A stretch of 64,000 bases of DNA from Octopus bimaculoides. Its lineage: Eukaryota. This document shows positions 36,777-50,156 of this stretch, piece after piece. The position numbers and the translations under genes are program-made. Every line of letters starts with the position of its first letter. Position 1 is the first letter of the stretch. The notes under the pieces were generated by a model that was not told the DNA's origin, ran no database searches, and saw nothing but the letters and a program-made list of their open reading frames with translations. The stretch is from NCBI RefSeq assembly GCF_001194135.2, contig NC_068983.1, positions 115,674,893-115,738,892 on the forward strand, given 5' to 3'.

Positions 36777-37504
36777 TTTCTTCAATAAAATTTCCATTGG
36801 CTTCAACCATGGGCTCTAGATGACTTTGGAATCTTCTGCAACTCTTCTGGGTGGGCTCCTTACATTAGTGAGAGCTGCCATAATCCTTGCCATCAGTTCA
36901 TCTTTGGTGTTACAAGGAGTTTTGTTGGTCTCTTGCTCAACTACACCCTACACATAATAATCAAGGGGTTTGCAGTCTCGGGAGTTAGGTGGCCAGATGT
37001 TAGGGGTGATGTGGTCACAGAAATTGTCTGACAGCCATGACTGGGTTCTCCTGCTTGTGAGGCATAGTGCAGAGTCCTGTTGCCAGACACAGTGTCTTCC
37101 AGCAGCCACCCAGGGTAGCACTACCTCCTCCAGTCACTTGATGTAGGCCTCTGTGTTGAATCTGAGGTCTTGTGGGAAGATGAATGAAAGCATAACGTCG
37201 CCATCACTAGAGTTCACTCCAAACACCATGATGTTGACTGGATGTTTGATTTTTATCACTCTTGTTACATGTCCTCAGATTGCACTTTCCTTAGATTGAC
37301 ACCCATACACTCTGAAATGCTCATATTGGAGCTTCCAGCATGAATGTCAAGCAGTACAGCATGTTGTTTCTAAATTTCTGGCAGAGTGAATAGTGTCATG
37401 GTGCTGTTTTTTTTTACAGACAGTGCCCAGTTGACCCTACTATATTGTGTAGTTGACAAAATCAAAAACAAGCAATGTGCCGACAATTTACCCATTGTAC
37501 CCTG
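36777..37504 (-). mobile_element. Tc1/mariner maT (DD37D) transposon, internally deleted, one end lost
   Basis: KHPVNIMVFGV.SSDG..WQQDSA...WPPNSRDCKPLDYYV with 37 residues between the last two D; terminus CAGGGT.. at 37504 next to TA; two in-frame stops. Confidence 0.9.
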
Positions 37505-37878
37505 TATGTATATATATATATATATATATATATNNNNNNNNNNNNNNNNNNNNNNNNNNNNNNNNNNNNNNNNNNNNNNNNNNNNNNNNNNNNNNNNNNN
37601 NNNNNNNNNNNNNNNNNNNNNNNNNNNNNNNNNNCTTAGAGGAGATTGGGCAGTGTTTATGTCTCTTTTCAGGATTTCTAGCACTGACAAGAGGAAGGGA
37701 GAAAGTCATCCTTAATCCAAAGACTTACAACAGAGTGGACTTCACTAAAGGCAGCTTTGAAACAATGAACTGAAATAAAAGTAAGACAGAATTATGCGGA
37801 ATAGAAGTGGGTAAAAAGTAAAAGAGCAGAATATTATAGAAAGTGAACAGTGTGATACCATGTTGATAGTTAGTTAGT

Positions 37879-37911
<33 letters not shown>

Positions 37912-38668
37912 AGAGAGAGAAAGAAAGACAAAATTTGATACAAAGGAGTAAATTTTTAAATAAAAGTTATTAAAAGGAAATGTAAATCTAAAATTAAGAT
38001 AAACATAAATTGATGTAAAAATTAATCCTTCTTGATTCTAATCTGGTTATATTTCTGATAATATAATTAATATATAAGTATAATACCAGTACATTATTAT
38101 CCTGGTAGTGGTTATAGTCAGTGGAACTGGAAAAGATATGTAAGGAAAGAATACATTTGACAGCTGACTAAAAGACTTATTTCAAATATTATTTCCAGAA
38201 ACAATAAAAAAGTGATAAAGTAATCTTTATATTTTAGGAAATTAAAAATCTGATTAACTGTTAGATGATGATTTAGTCTGCCAGCCTTTGCAGCATTGCA
38301 CACATAACACAAATAAACAAAAACTTTAAATATAGAAATTTAAGCCTACAGAATTCTGCTATTTACAGTATCTTCTATTCAATATATTTGATGCTCCAGA
38401 TGAATGCATTAATTCAATGAAGATCTTGCAGTTATTGATTCTACAGTTAATTTTAAACCAGGAGACATATAAAGCTTTTAACATTTTCCTAAATGATTTT
38501 TACCAACTAAAAAGTAACAAAATCTTAAAATGATCTTGGGTACTGATTACAAATATTCAATACATTTAGGCCTATTATTTTATATTTTGATACTTCCTGG
38601 TAATGCGTAAGCTATTGAATGACTTTCTGAGCCATAGGGAACCTAGACAGTCCTATCTTTATATAAAA

Positions 38669-38700
38669 CTAGCAGCTAAGCCCGGTTTCACCCGGTCAGA
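38669..38700 (-). mobile_element. Possible Helitron 3' terminus
   Basis: Minus strand: CCGG-GTGAAA-CCGG hairpin, then G plus 8 nt, CTAG, followed by T. Confidence 0.4.
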
Positions 38701-41700
38701 GAACGATGCGAAGAAAGAAATGAAGACATAAAAAGAGAGGACAGCAAATTGTCAAAGGTCTTGATCACTTATCATTGCCTCCATGAGACTCAACATCTGA
38801 AGATCATGCTTCACCACGTTACCCTGGAGTTTCCTGAATCTACTTCTTCCACAGGTTCCCTCCATAGTTTGGAATTTAAAGTCCTATCTAACAGATTGTA
38901 GTAAGAAGAGGTTTATACTAAACTTTTTTTTTAGCTTTTATGCCTCAGTATGGCCATAGCTTTAGGGCTGAAATGTATAAAAGAATAAAAGAATTTCCAA
39001 AATATTTTTTCATTCATTGCCAAAATCAAAAGCAATACAGTCCTGATTGTTGTTGTTGTTGTTTGGCACTACCAAAATCTACAGACATACAGAAGTAGAT
39101 TGGACAGGGGAGTGTAATATGTCGTATCTGTCATGCAGCACTTCATATGATTCATTATAGCATGAGAGATCGAGCAGTATGTTCCTTATCAAAGTAGGGA
39201 CATAATATAACCAGGGAGATGGTTCAGCAGGTCAGGTCAAACTTTGCCATTCAGCTGACTAAATGATATAAGACTGTTCCATCAGGATTGAAAGAAAGCT
39301 ATACAACAATACCACCTATAAAAAAGTATAGAAACGTTTTTTTTTTTTTTTGAGAAGAAAAGAATTGTCTCAGTCACAGAATGTTACTTGAAAATCAAAT
39401 TGTTAATATATTATTTGTAGTGAAGTCCCTAGAATTTCACACAGTCGAGTATATCAAGAATTAACTTATTAACCAAGAAATAATTGCTTTATATCCCATC
39501 ACTAGTATCACGCAATGTCCTTCAGAAACATGGCTCAGTCCATATCTTGTAAATAGGTACCATGAGAAGTAATATTTCACTCCTATAGGACATGAGTACT
39601 ATTGATGACCATTTATTGTATTACATTTAGAAAATTGCAATTATCTTTTCTAATCTGGTAATGCTAAATAATCATAACTTAGTGCTGAACTACAATAAAG
39701 GGTTTGTAGCATAATATTTTTGTTAGACCAACCGAACAGTTTCAGGTAGGATTATTTGCTTAGTAAGAATAATCAAGATTTTCACAGCAGCAAATATCTT
39801 ACAAACTATTCAAGAAAAAAATTCATTAAGGAAATTAATTTTCTGACACTTTACAAATGATCATTAAAACATTATCTGGGGAGAAGAAATTACAAGTTAT
39901 CTTTATTTGAGGAAAGGATCTGTAGATGATTAATAATAATGTTAACCTTAGTATATTTTTTAAACTGTGTTAGTTTCTAATTAAATTCATAGTGAAGAGA
40001 GCTAGCGTTAACTCATGTACTTAAAGAAACATTAATATTTCTTTTCATAGTTATCCATTCTTTTACAGAAAATTTTGCTTTCCTTAGTTTGTAAGTGAAC
40101 AAAGGCTGGTTGAGTCACTTAGTAAAGTTAGTCAGTCACTTAGTTAGTCAACTGTCTCCTGTCACTAGCATTATGTAGTCTCCATGGCCAAGACTTTCAC
40201 TGCTTCAGTCTGAGTAAGTATCATGAATAATATAATTATTGCACTAAGAAACTGCAGTAGATTTGTAAAACTGACAAATGATTTGGGGGGACTTAAAATA
40301 GCAAGGACAATTACCTCACCTTTATATATTCTTAGGAAAAGCTACCAGTGATAGACTGGAGTCCTATCTCGAAGAAAGTTTCCCATCTACTTTTCAACAC
40401 AGAAACTGAACAAAAGCATCAGCCCAATGGAGTCCTATAATTTCTGCTCTATATTACATCCATTTTTGCATGGGTGGAGAGGTTCATGCAAATTTGAATA
40501 TTGGTTTTTAATGCCTTTCCTATTTCTTATCATTTAGTTATGAAGCAGACATGGAACCTATTAGTAAAGTGAGGCAAGCAATGATATGCATTGCTGCAAT
40601 TTTAAAACTGGTTACTTTTCTGACCACAAACCTGTCAACTGTGGAATATGTATGAAGCCGGTTGTCAATCAGGCAAACTGAAGTAAGCAAAATTATGCGT
40701 AGCTCGATTTTTACAATTCTATGACTTTCATACATTTATCTCCTCAAGAAATGAAGTTGGCATGAACAAGTTATTATCATTCAGGCAAACCAAGGCAATT
40801 GAATATGTGACTTGAAAAATATGACCATGCAGCCAAAACTATCTTAAATCTTAATTCATTGCAATTATCACTACTTAAAATGAAATGATATTTATTCTTT
40901 TTAAATAAGCCACCATTTCATACTTGTCCGATCATCCACTTCAGACAAATGAGGTAAAGACACTAGATAAAACATAGCTTTGTTTAAAAAGTCCTTGTGA
41001 ATTGCTGATCAATATTTCATGGCTAAAAATAAATATAGTGCAAGACAATGGAGTTCATTCATTATATATGAGATGAAACTGAAATATATGCTGTTTCAGA
41101 CTGAATTACAAGGATGTAAAGACAAAAAGAAAAAAATACAAAGAAAGTATAATGTTATACAATGAATGAATAGTCACTGAAAGATAAGTGGGGTTTTTTT
41201 TATCAGAAGGCGGTTGTTTCTAGTATTTCATGACACCAGAAATAAACCAGGAGAGTTCAAGTTATAATAAAGTAAAACAACAGGGGTTTAACTAACACTG
41301 TTTTATAGCTAAGAAAGCAAGGTAGACAACTCTGAACCTTTGCACTTGACAGATTTCATCAGTGGAAATACAACTTTTGCCATTGCATGCCTGCATCGCA
41401 ATAACTAGCTTGCTGTACAGAAAGGTTTGTTATGAAACGAGTAGAGCTAGTGAATGAGATTAATTAATAATATAATAGTAATGGAGGTTTTAAAATAAAA
41501 GGGATTTAATTATTTCCAATGGTTTCAATATTAAAAGTAGCCACAGTAGTAGGGTTAAAGACAGTAATTAGGAAAATATTTGTTGTTTATCTAACAGTGT
41601 TCTTAACCAAAAGAACATCTATAAATAGTTGTGGGTTATTTATTTTAATAAGTTAATTAACCCTTTAACATTCAGATTACAATGTCAAATAAAATACTTG

Positions 41701-42699
41701 CTTACTCATATTGTTTTGAATTAATCATGCATTATCTCATAGCTTTCAATAATGTGATTGTTTATTTTTAGAATGACATTCTAGGGTAGGTGTGAGAGGC
41801 CATCTCTGGCCAGTTTGAACATAAAACAGATAGAATATTTGGGCCAGATATGGTCAGCTTAAATGTGAAAGGGTTACTGTTAATCAAAGAAAGAACATCA
41901 GTGGCTATGACAGTTTCAGCTCCAAGCATCACACTTGTGAGATCAATATCATTTATGTTTAGTTTGAATATCTGTTTTTCAACGACTGGAGGAAAGGAAG
42001 AGAATTTGTTGTGTTGGAGTGAAATGAAGCAAATATGTTGCACAGGGAGGTGAGACACAGTCAAAATAATGGAAAGAAGAGAGGAAGGGGTGTTCAGTGA
42101 GCATGGGTGGAGGAGGTAAGTAGTTAGCTTGTTTAGAGGAGTCCAGACAATGGTTATAGTAAGGGGTAATGGTAGTAGATGGAGAAGAGAGAGAAAGATA
42201 GTTAAGAGTGAGATAGTAGTTGAAGCAAGAGGTGGTGGCATTAAAAGGAGAAGAAAGGTAAGAGTACATCTGTGGGACAGTGGTTGTATAAGAGATAGTA
42301 GTAGAATAAGAGAGATGGGTAGCTAAGTGTACTTCTATGAGACACTGGTTGAAGAGAGAAGTGGGAGCAAAATAAGAGAAGTTAAGAGTACATCTCTGAG
42401 ATATGGTTGTAAAGTGGGTAATCTGTGATTTTTCATCATTTTTAAAGAAATGGACAGGAATAAATAAATATTATCTGGTAACGAGAGTAAATGCCGAATG
42501 TTAACAGGAGTAACTGTTGAATGTTAGCAGGAGTAAATATATGCAAACAGTTGTTAATGCATGTTAACCTGAGTAAATGTTGACTGCTAACTTGTGTAAG
42601 TGTATGTTAACTGAAATAAATATTGTCTGTTAGCACAAATAAATGCTGTGGGTCATTAGCAAATGTTGAACATTAACAAGAGCAAATGGTGCATGTTAA

Positions 42700-42845
42700 T
42701 GATGTTGATGATGGTGGTGGTGGTGACAACAGTGGTGGTAGCAGTGGCGGCAATAATGATAATGGCAACAGCAGCAGAGCTGGTGATGATGATGAGGATG
42801 GTGATGATGATGGGGGTGGTGATGATGATGGAGGTAGTAGTGATG
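42700..42845. repeat. Compound (GGT/GAT/GCA)n trinucleotide tract
   Basis: Simple repeats; produce spurious poly-His and poly-Met ORFs. Confidence 0.9.
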
Positions 42846-43215
42846 GCAACTCACAAAAATAAGAAACATTGACTTTTTAAAAGTTGTTGACTTTTGGTTT
42901 GTCATTGCTAAATTACTCCTAAATGGAGAACAATAATGCTGTATGCTGACGATAACAATATCAATACCACTTGGAATGGAATCTCAACAGATTCCATTCC
43001 AATGAACATAATGTTGACATTTCAAAGATGTCTTATCAAGCCACATCTTAAACAGTGCAGTCATGACTGTGTTTGAGAAGTTAACTTTGCAACTTGGTGG
43101 TTTCAGGATCAATCTTACTGTATGGCAGCCCCAGTGGGAAAATGTTTTCTAGCATTGCCTCACATCCACCAATGCCTTGTGAATCAAATTTGATAGATAG
43201 AAACTGTGCTGCAGA

Positions 43216-43448
43216 AGGGTGGCGAGCTTTCAGAAACGTTAGCATGCTGGGTGAAATGCTTAGTGGTATTTCGTCTGCCGTTACATTCTGAGTTCAAATT
43301 CCGCCGAGGTCGACTTTGCCTTTCATCCTTTCGGGGTCGATTAAATAAGTACCAGCTATGCACTGGGGTCGATATAATTGACTTAATTCGTTTGTCTGTC
43401 CTTGTTTGTCCCCTCTGTGTGTAGCCCCTTGTGGGCAGTAAAGAAATA
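43216..43448 (+). mobile_element. Nin-like SINE (alternative tail) with 17-bp TSD
   Basis: AGAAACTGTGCTGCAGA at 43199-43215 and 43449-43465. Confidence 0.88.
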
Positions 43449-44459
43449 AGAAACTGTGCTGCAGACACTCACTGGTTTGACCATTCTTGTTTTTGAGGTT
43501 GCAGTTTCAATCTGTCTCTTTTGGTTTAACACCATCACATGGTTTTTGAGTGTCTTTATCATCCACTTTATTCGTATTCTAGTCATGTCTCTGAGGAGAA
43601 TTTCCTCATTTCCACTAGGTTTGGTAACCCTGTAAAATATCATGGATGCTACTGTTCCCCCTATGGAAACACAAAAAAAATAAAATCACTAAAGAGATAA
43701 AAAAAAAAATAGGAAAGCACTACTACAAAGTAATTACTGACAGCTATTACTTAGTGTAAAAATCTCGTAGATTATTTTTCAGAGCACAGATGATGTTCCG
43801 ATCCAAGTCAGCTCAAGCCAAGCAGATTTTATGACCAAAAGCATTCCAGCCATCACAATCTTATCTCTTTTTCTTAAAACACAGTGTACTTATGACAACT
43901 GAATGCATTCTTAATTTTTTTAAAGATTATAAGGTGTGATTTGAAAGAAATTTGACTGTTATTTCTAGCAAGTCAAGTGACCACATGCAGCAGGAATTCC
44001 CAATCCTTTTTACATCATTGCCGACTTTCATATGAAAGAATTTCCTACCACCCACCTGTATAGTAAATATTCAAAAGCATACCAATAACAAATTTTATAA
44101 CTCTTACATAACAATAAAAATAACAGTTTTTGCTTTATAAGATTCTTTATTTAAAGTAATGTAAAATTAGAACATCAATGCAACTTGAGTGGGGTGCAAC
44201 ACGAATAGTACAGACCCATTGGGCTTAAAATTATTCATCATTGACCACAAGTCACTTCACATGGATATCCAGCCTATTTCTCCTTTTAGATGACAAGGTA
44301 TTAATTAATGTGGCTGAAGCCAGTTTCTACCAAGTAGGACATTGGGAAGGCAAGTAAAAATCAACTTTAAGTACTTCCATAGATTGGTATGTCACTATAT
44401 TTTGATGATACCACAAGCCATTTTTACTGTGAAGCAGATATTGCATTGTGACATCATTG

Positions 44460-45140
44460 TTATCATCATCATCAACACTTAACATCCATTTTCCATGCTG
44501 GCATGGCTTGGATGGTTTGACATAGCTCCAATTGTCTGTTGTGGCATGGTTTCTATGATTGTAACACCAACCATTTTACAGTATGTGCTGAGTGCTTCTT
44601 ACATGCCACCAGTGTGAGTGCATTTTATGTGGCTCTGACACCCACAAAAGACAAGCCTGTATGTATAGATGACAGCAACTTTACTTGGCTTGATGCATCT
44701 TCTCAAGTGCAGCAAATCGCTACAACTCTCAGTCCCTTGTCATTTCCTCAGTGAAGCCCAAGTCTTCCTGGGTCTACCCCTTCCACAGCTTCCCACCACA
44801 ATTAGAGCTTGACACTTCTTTATGCATCTGTCCTCATCCATATGCATCACATGACCAAACCAGTGCAGTCTTCTCTCTTGCACACAACATCTGATGCCTC
44901 TTGTACCCAGTTTTCCTCTTAAATCATTTACTCTCTGTCATGCACACTGACATTACCCATCCAGTGGAGCAAGCTAGCTTCATTTCTTTGCAAGTCTTCT
45001 GTAGTCAAAGCCCATGTTTCACTGCCATGTAAAATTTGTATGTACACAGACATCATATAATCCACCCTTTACTGGGGGAGAGGCCTTTAGTTACCAACAA
45101 AGGTAAGAAGCTCTCTGAACTTTGCCCAGCCCATTCTTAT
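44460..45140 (-). mobile_element. RTE LINE 3' fragment
   Basis: Parallel to 4570-5420 (CTTCTTTATGCA.CTGTCCTCATCCATATGCATCAC.TGACCAAACCAGTGCAG...). Confidence 0.85.
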
Positions 45141-47908
45141 TTCTCCTCCGTAAATCTAGTGATGATGATTTGAAACCAAACGGCTAGGTAGCTGGTCAAA
45201 CATCACAATCAAACCCCAATAGTTTCATGTGATCGGTCTATTAAGCAACCAGTCAGTGTCAAGCCATTGCATGATTCAATCTTCTAGAATCTTTTCCTTG
45301 TGCCCAGTAAAAGACAGTAATCCAGCTGATAAAGGATGACCGATAGTAGACAGAAATTTTTTTCCCCACAAATATAGCGCAATTATTTTCTAGTTGTGAT
45401 GAGCAAACTACATCAGTATCTTAATTGTAAATGCCAAGTAGTATGCCTCTCCCAGTTTGTAATTATTACTGTAAGTATTTGTAAAAGACCAATAGTTAAA
45501 ACTCTATGTGCAATAATAAAAACCTTGTGTAAATTGTTCGTGGGTATTGTCTGTTACTTCTTCAAACAGCCCAGGACATTCATTTTCATTCAACCAGTCA
45601 TCACCTCAGATCAGTCGACAACAATAACCCTACAACTCGCCACACGAGCAATTATTCCTACACATCGTCATCACAATTGATCACTTGGAACTTCAAATGG
45701 ATTATACCAAACGGAAACAGGCAATGCAATAATATTCTGAAATCTCTACCTTGTCGTCATTCAAGGATTCCAAATAATCATGATTTGTAATAACATCCTC
45801 ATAGACTAACTCATCCTCCAAGCTATTCATTGAAATTGGTGGAGCTGTGGCTTTGAAACGTTCATCTTATATAGCGATAATTTAAAAAGGAAGGCTATGA
45901 TGGATGATTTACAGTCAATAAGCGCTTTGTTACTTCTCTTGCAATAAATATATTGAGATCACTTAGGTTAGTGAATGCTAAGGGAAAAAATATCACATTT
46001 AGAAGCAATCAAAGAAGTGGATAGTGGAGTGTTTTGATAAAAAATTATTATTGCATCAAACAGCCCTTCAGTTTGCTGCCCCCGGGCTCCCACAAAAATA
46101 TTTCCTACAATAGACTCAAAAGTTGTGCCACTCAAGATGGACCCCCTCTATTCCCCACACTCTAACTACACTTGGGATTACTGGCATACCTCAACTTACA
46201 TCATTTCAAGTTAAGTCTTTCTTGACATTACATCATTTTTTTAAAGAAATTAATGGGCAAAAAACCCCAACTTCAGTTGATTTATCCAACTTAACATCAG
46301 TCTCCGTGAAAATACATATCCCTTTAGTATTGAGATTGTCCTCTCAAATATAATGCATATTCATTCACATTGTTTTGCATTATCTTGCTGCTTTCAGATT
46401 TCACTGATGCCACCATCATTATCGTCGTTTAACATCTGCTTTCCATGCTGGCTTGGGTTGGACAGTTTGACTGTGAACTGGCAAACCAGATGGCTACACC
46501 AGACTCCAATCTGATTTGGCCAGATTTCTACAGCTGGATGCCCTTCCTAATGCTAGCCACTCCGAGAGTGTAGTGAGTGGTTTTACGTGCCACTGGAATG
46601 GGAGCCAGTCAGGTACCTTGAACATAAAATAGGTAGAATATTTGGGCTAGATATGCCCAATTTACATGCTTAACAGTTAAAAGCATAACATTTTTTAAAA
46701 AGCCTAAAACCCAATAATGATTGAAAAATCAAATAAAATACATATGTACAAACAGTTTATTAAAACAGATGTTGTTTAAAAGGGTTTTAAAATATCTTTT
46801 TGTGTCATGTCATTTTTTTTCTTTCTTTGTTAACTCACGTCCTGGAAATGGGGTCTGGACAAAACCCCTCTCTGAAGTATGTGAATGAGAGGAAGACCAT
46901 GAAGGAATTTCTGAATGGCATAGGGCACTGTAACAGGTTGTAATAAAACAACCTTTAAATGAACCTCAACACTTAATGAGATTTTTGATATTGTGTTTGT
47001 TTTAATTTTTCAAAGATATGCTATGATGTTCTTTTTATCATGCTCATTACCAACCTAAGTTGAAGTATGCATATACTGATAAATTTTTATATGACTACAT
47101 AAAGTGGGGTGGAATTAATTTCTATATTTTTCTGTATTCCCTTTTTTTGCTTTATTTTTCTCTCTTGTATTTCTCTCTACCTCCTTTTGTTTTCTCATTT
47201 ATTCTATAACTTAGTTACCTTGTACATTAAACATGTCAATTTCAAAAACTACCATATTGTTACTGTGTGACATTTTGGAACAGAGCTGCTGATAATCACT
47301 CTTAGATTAAATTCTTCTGTTTTCCATTTCTATATGTATTGTATATTTGTCTATGTTTTTTATTGTCGATACTCCTTTTTTTACCACTCCCTCTACTTCT
47401 CACGGGGATGAGACTTAAATGTATGGAGATGTTGTTTGCAGTATAAATTACAAAGTATGTTTCAAATATCTGCTTGTGATACAAATCTATTTAAACTAGA
47501 TTCTTGCCAAGTTGATGTATTTAACTGTATGGTAAATAGATATGTGTTGTGTATGTGTGTATGTATGCATGTATGTATGTATGTATGTATGTATGTGTGT
47601 GTGTATATGTGTCCACACACACACACATATATATATAGACACATGTACACAAACACACACACAAGTGGGTGATCAAACAAATGGAAGTACAACTCAACAC
47701 ACACAGATGGAATTATATTTATTGAATAATAGGCTGACTTAGTTCGGCATGTTACTTAAAGATTCATGGATGTGAAAAAACTTGACATATAAAGACAAAT
47801 ATATGTATTTGATAAATATATATTTATGTATGCATATTTTCAACACACACACACATGTATATTTCCCTCTATCAATTTTTTTCTCAAAGCATTGTTCAAC
47901 CTACAGCC

Positions 47909-47954
47909 ACAGTCTGATGATGGCTTAAGCTAGTTGAAACTTTGAAGTCACTAT
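47909..47954 (+). ncRNA. Degenerate minimal type-I hammerhead ribozyme motif
   Basis: ACAGT-CTGATGA-T-GGCT(TAAGCT)AGTT-GAAAC-TT(TG)AA-GTC-ACTAT: core, stem II, GAAA, stem III, GUC triplet and stem I all in the right order. Confidence 0.6.
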
Positions 47955-49657
47955 CAATACTATTCTTGTTAAAAAATAATAAATATGTACTCTACAGAAG
48001 TATGGAGTAATTCTTCAGATTAATGTAAAATTATTTTCATTATAACTAATGGAAACAACTATTAATATGTGTGTGTGTCTGCACATATGTATGTGCATGT
48101 GTGTGTTTATATAAAGCTTCCATCCATGAAATTCTTTTCTCAAAACATTGCTGACCCTAAAACAGACTTGCCTAATATGTTGAAAAGTGAAACCAAACTT
48201 AGTATGACATGATTGTGAAGTGAACTTTTTAATAATATAATATATGGTGTATGATATGATATATATATTTCTAAACTGACCCACTAATGATCTTATGATC
48301 TATAATGATCCATTTAACTACTTACATTAATTAGCTGATTACTGCAGTTTAGTTGTTTTTTGTTTTTTTTTTCACTTCCTTTGTTTGTACATTTCGTCAT
48401 GTTTTGTTTGTATTTAGTCTGAAATTATTTCATAGCTAACTCATTTCTGAGAGTAAAATGCTAATTTGGGATGTGCCAATAATATTTAAGGCCACAACTA
48501 TGTGGTTGCTTGGTACATGAAGCTGTTTGTTGATATACTTCACAATAAATCCACAAACCATGCACAATGCAAATATTTTGCTATCATTTTCTCTTCTAAA
48601 TGTCAGCAGTCACTTCATTTTCTTTCTTAGAGTTTTTTTACACTTTTTTTCTCAAACTCCTCTTTCCAAGACTATGGACATTTATAAAAATACGTGAGCA
48701 ACCAGGCTACACAATGTTCCATGAAATCAAATGATAATTATAATTGTGATTGATTGATTAAAAGGTGAAACTAATAGCCAGAAATTCAATCTCTTAAACT
48801 GACATCTCACTGTAATAACACATTCACTGTTGTCATTGTTGTTGTTGTTTTGCTCCTTGTCATCCCTAATCACAGACCTAGAATCAAAAGTGCTCAAGCC
48901 ATGATCATCTTGTCATTTTCCAAACATAGCGAATCAAAAATTACCTCATCAATTGTGTCCTTTGTTTTCTAAGAAGATAGGACAGTGGATTTCTTCATGT
49001 TTTAGGTATCTTGGTACATGGGAAATCAAATCTGAAATTTATGATGCATTTTACATAATAAATCAAAAAGTAGTAGTTTGAAGATTAAAATTTAGAAAAC
49101 AATAATTTGAACTGTTGCTTACATTGTTTTTTAATCATGGCATGGCTACATGTTCCGGGTTCAGTCTCATGGCACTTTGTGCAGGTGTCTTCTACTATAG
49201 CCTCAGGACAACCAAAGCCTTGTGAATGGATTTGGTAGATAGAAACTGAAAGAAGCCTGTTGTATATATAAATATATATATATATATATATGTGTGAAAG
49301 AGAGAGATGTATATATAGGTAGATAGGTATGTATATGTACACACACACATATATAGATAGATAGATATACATTCATTAATATCATTTTTATATCTACTTA
49401 TTCCAAGTTGCTATAGATTTGCCAAGCCTTCTTGAGGTAGTATTCTAAAGCCAAAAACTCCCCATTCACAACAATCCTTGCTTTCAAGTAATATTTTACT
49501 TGTCTTTACACTAATTTTCATGCACCAAATTGCCAAGCTGTAAGTCATATAATTTATGCAGGGCATAACAAATCTCAACACTGCCTAAATGGTATCAATG
49601 TGAAGACAAACACAAACACACATGCACACACAGATACATGCACACACAAACACACAC

Positions 49658-49713
<56 letters not shown>

Positions 49714-49714
49714 T

Positions 49715-49845
49715 CAGTGGTGGACCCAAGATGTGGGCCTGAGGAGCCCTTCTAAATAATGTTATTATGCCCTTTTCTCCTGGAATTGGTATTCCCTTCT
49801 GACCTTGTCCTCCTCCCCTTCGAAAAATTCCTGGAACTGCACCTG
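49715..49845. mobile_element. Small degenerate non-autonomous DNA element inside a (CA)n tract
   Basis: CAG...CTG ends with weak TIR similarity (CAGTGGTGGACCCAAG vs CAGGTGCAGTTCCAGG); no TSD found. Confidence 0.3.
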
Positions 49846-49914
49846 GTATGCATACACACACACACACACACACACACACATGCATGTGTTTGTGTGTGTG
49901 TGTGTGTGTGTGTA

Positions 49915-50125
49915 TGATTAGTAAAGGCTTGTTTGAAAAGTTTAAGAAGCATTTAGATTTGCACAACATAAAAATGACTGATGAAGTTGCCATTTCCAAT
50001 ACAGAGACAGCTCCTAAATATCACAGGCAGCTGAAGAAAATGGTTGTTAAGAGCACTACACACTAGATCAAATATACAATGTTGATGAAACTGCACTTTT
50101 CTGGAGGTCAATGCCTGCTAGAATT

Positions 50126-50156
<31 letters not shown>

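Noticed and set aside
42663-42905. Poly-His or Met/Val-rich small protein
   Set aside because: Trinucleotide microsatellite.
42925-42955. MLYADD as an RT catalytic motif
   Set aside because: No other RT motifs at the right spacing.
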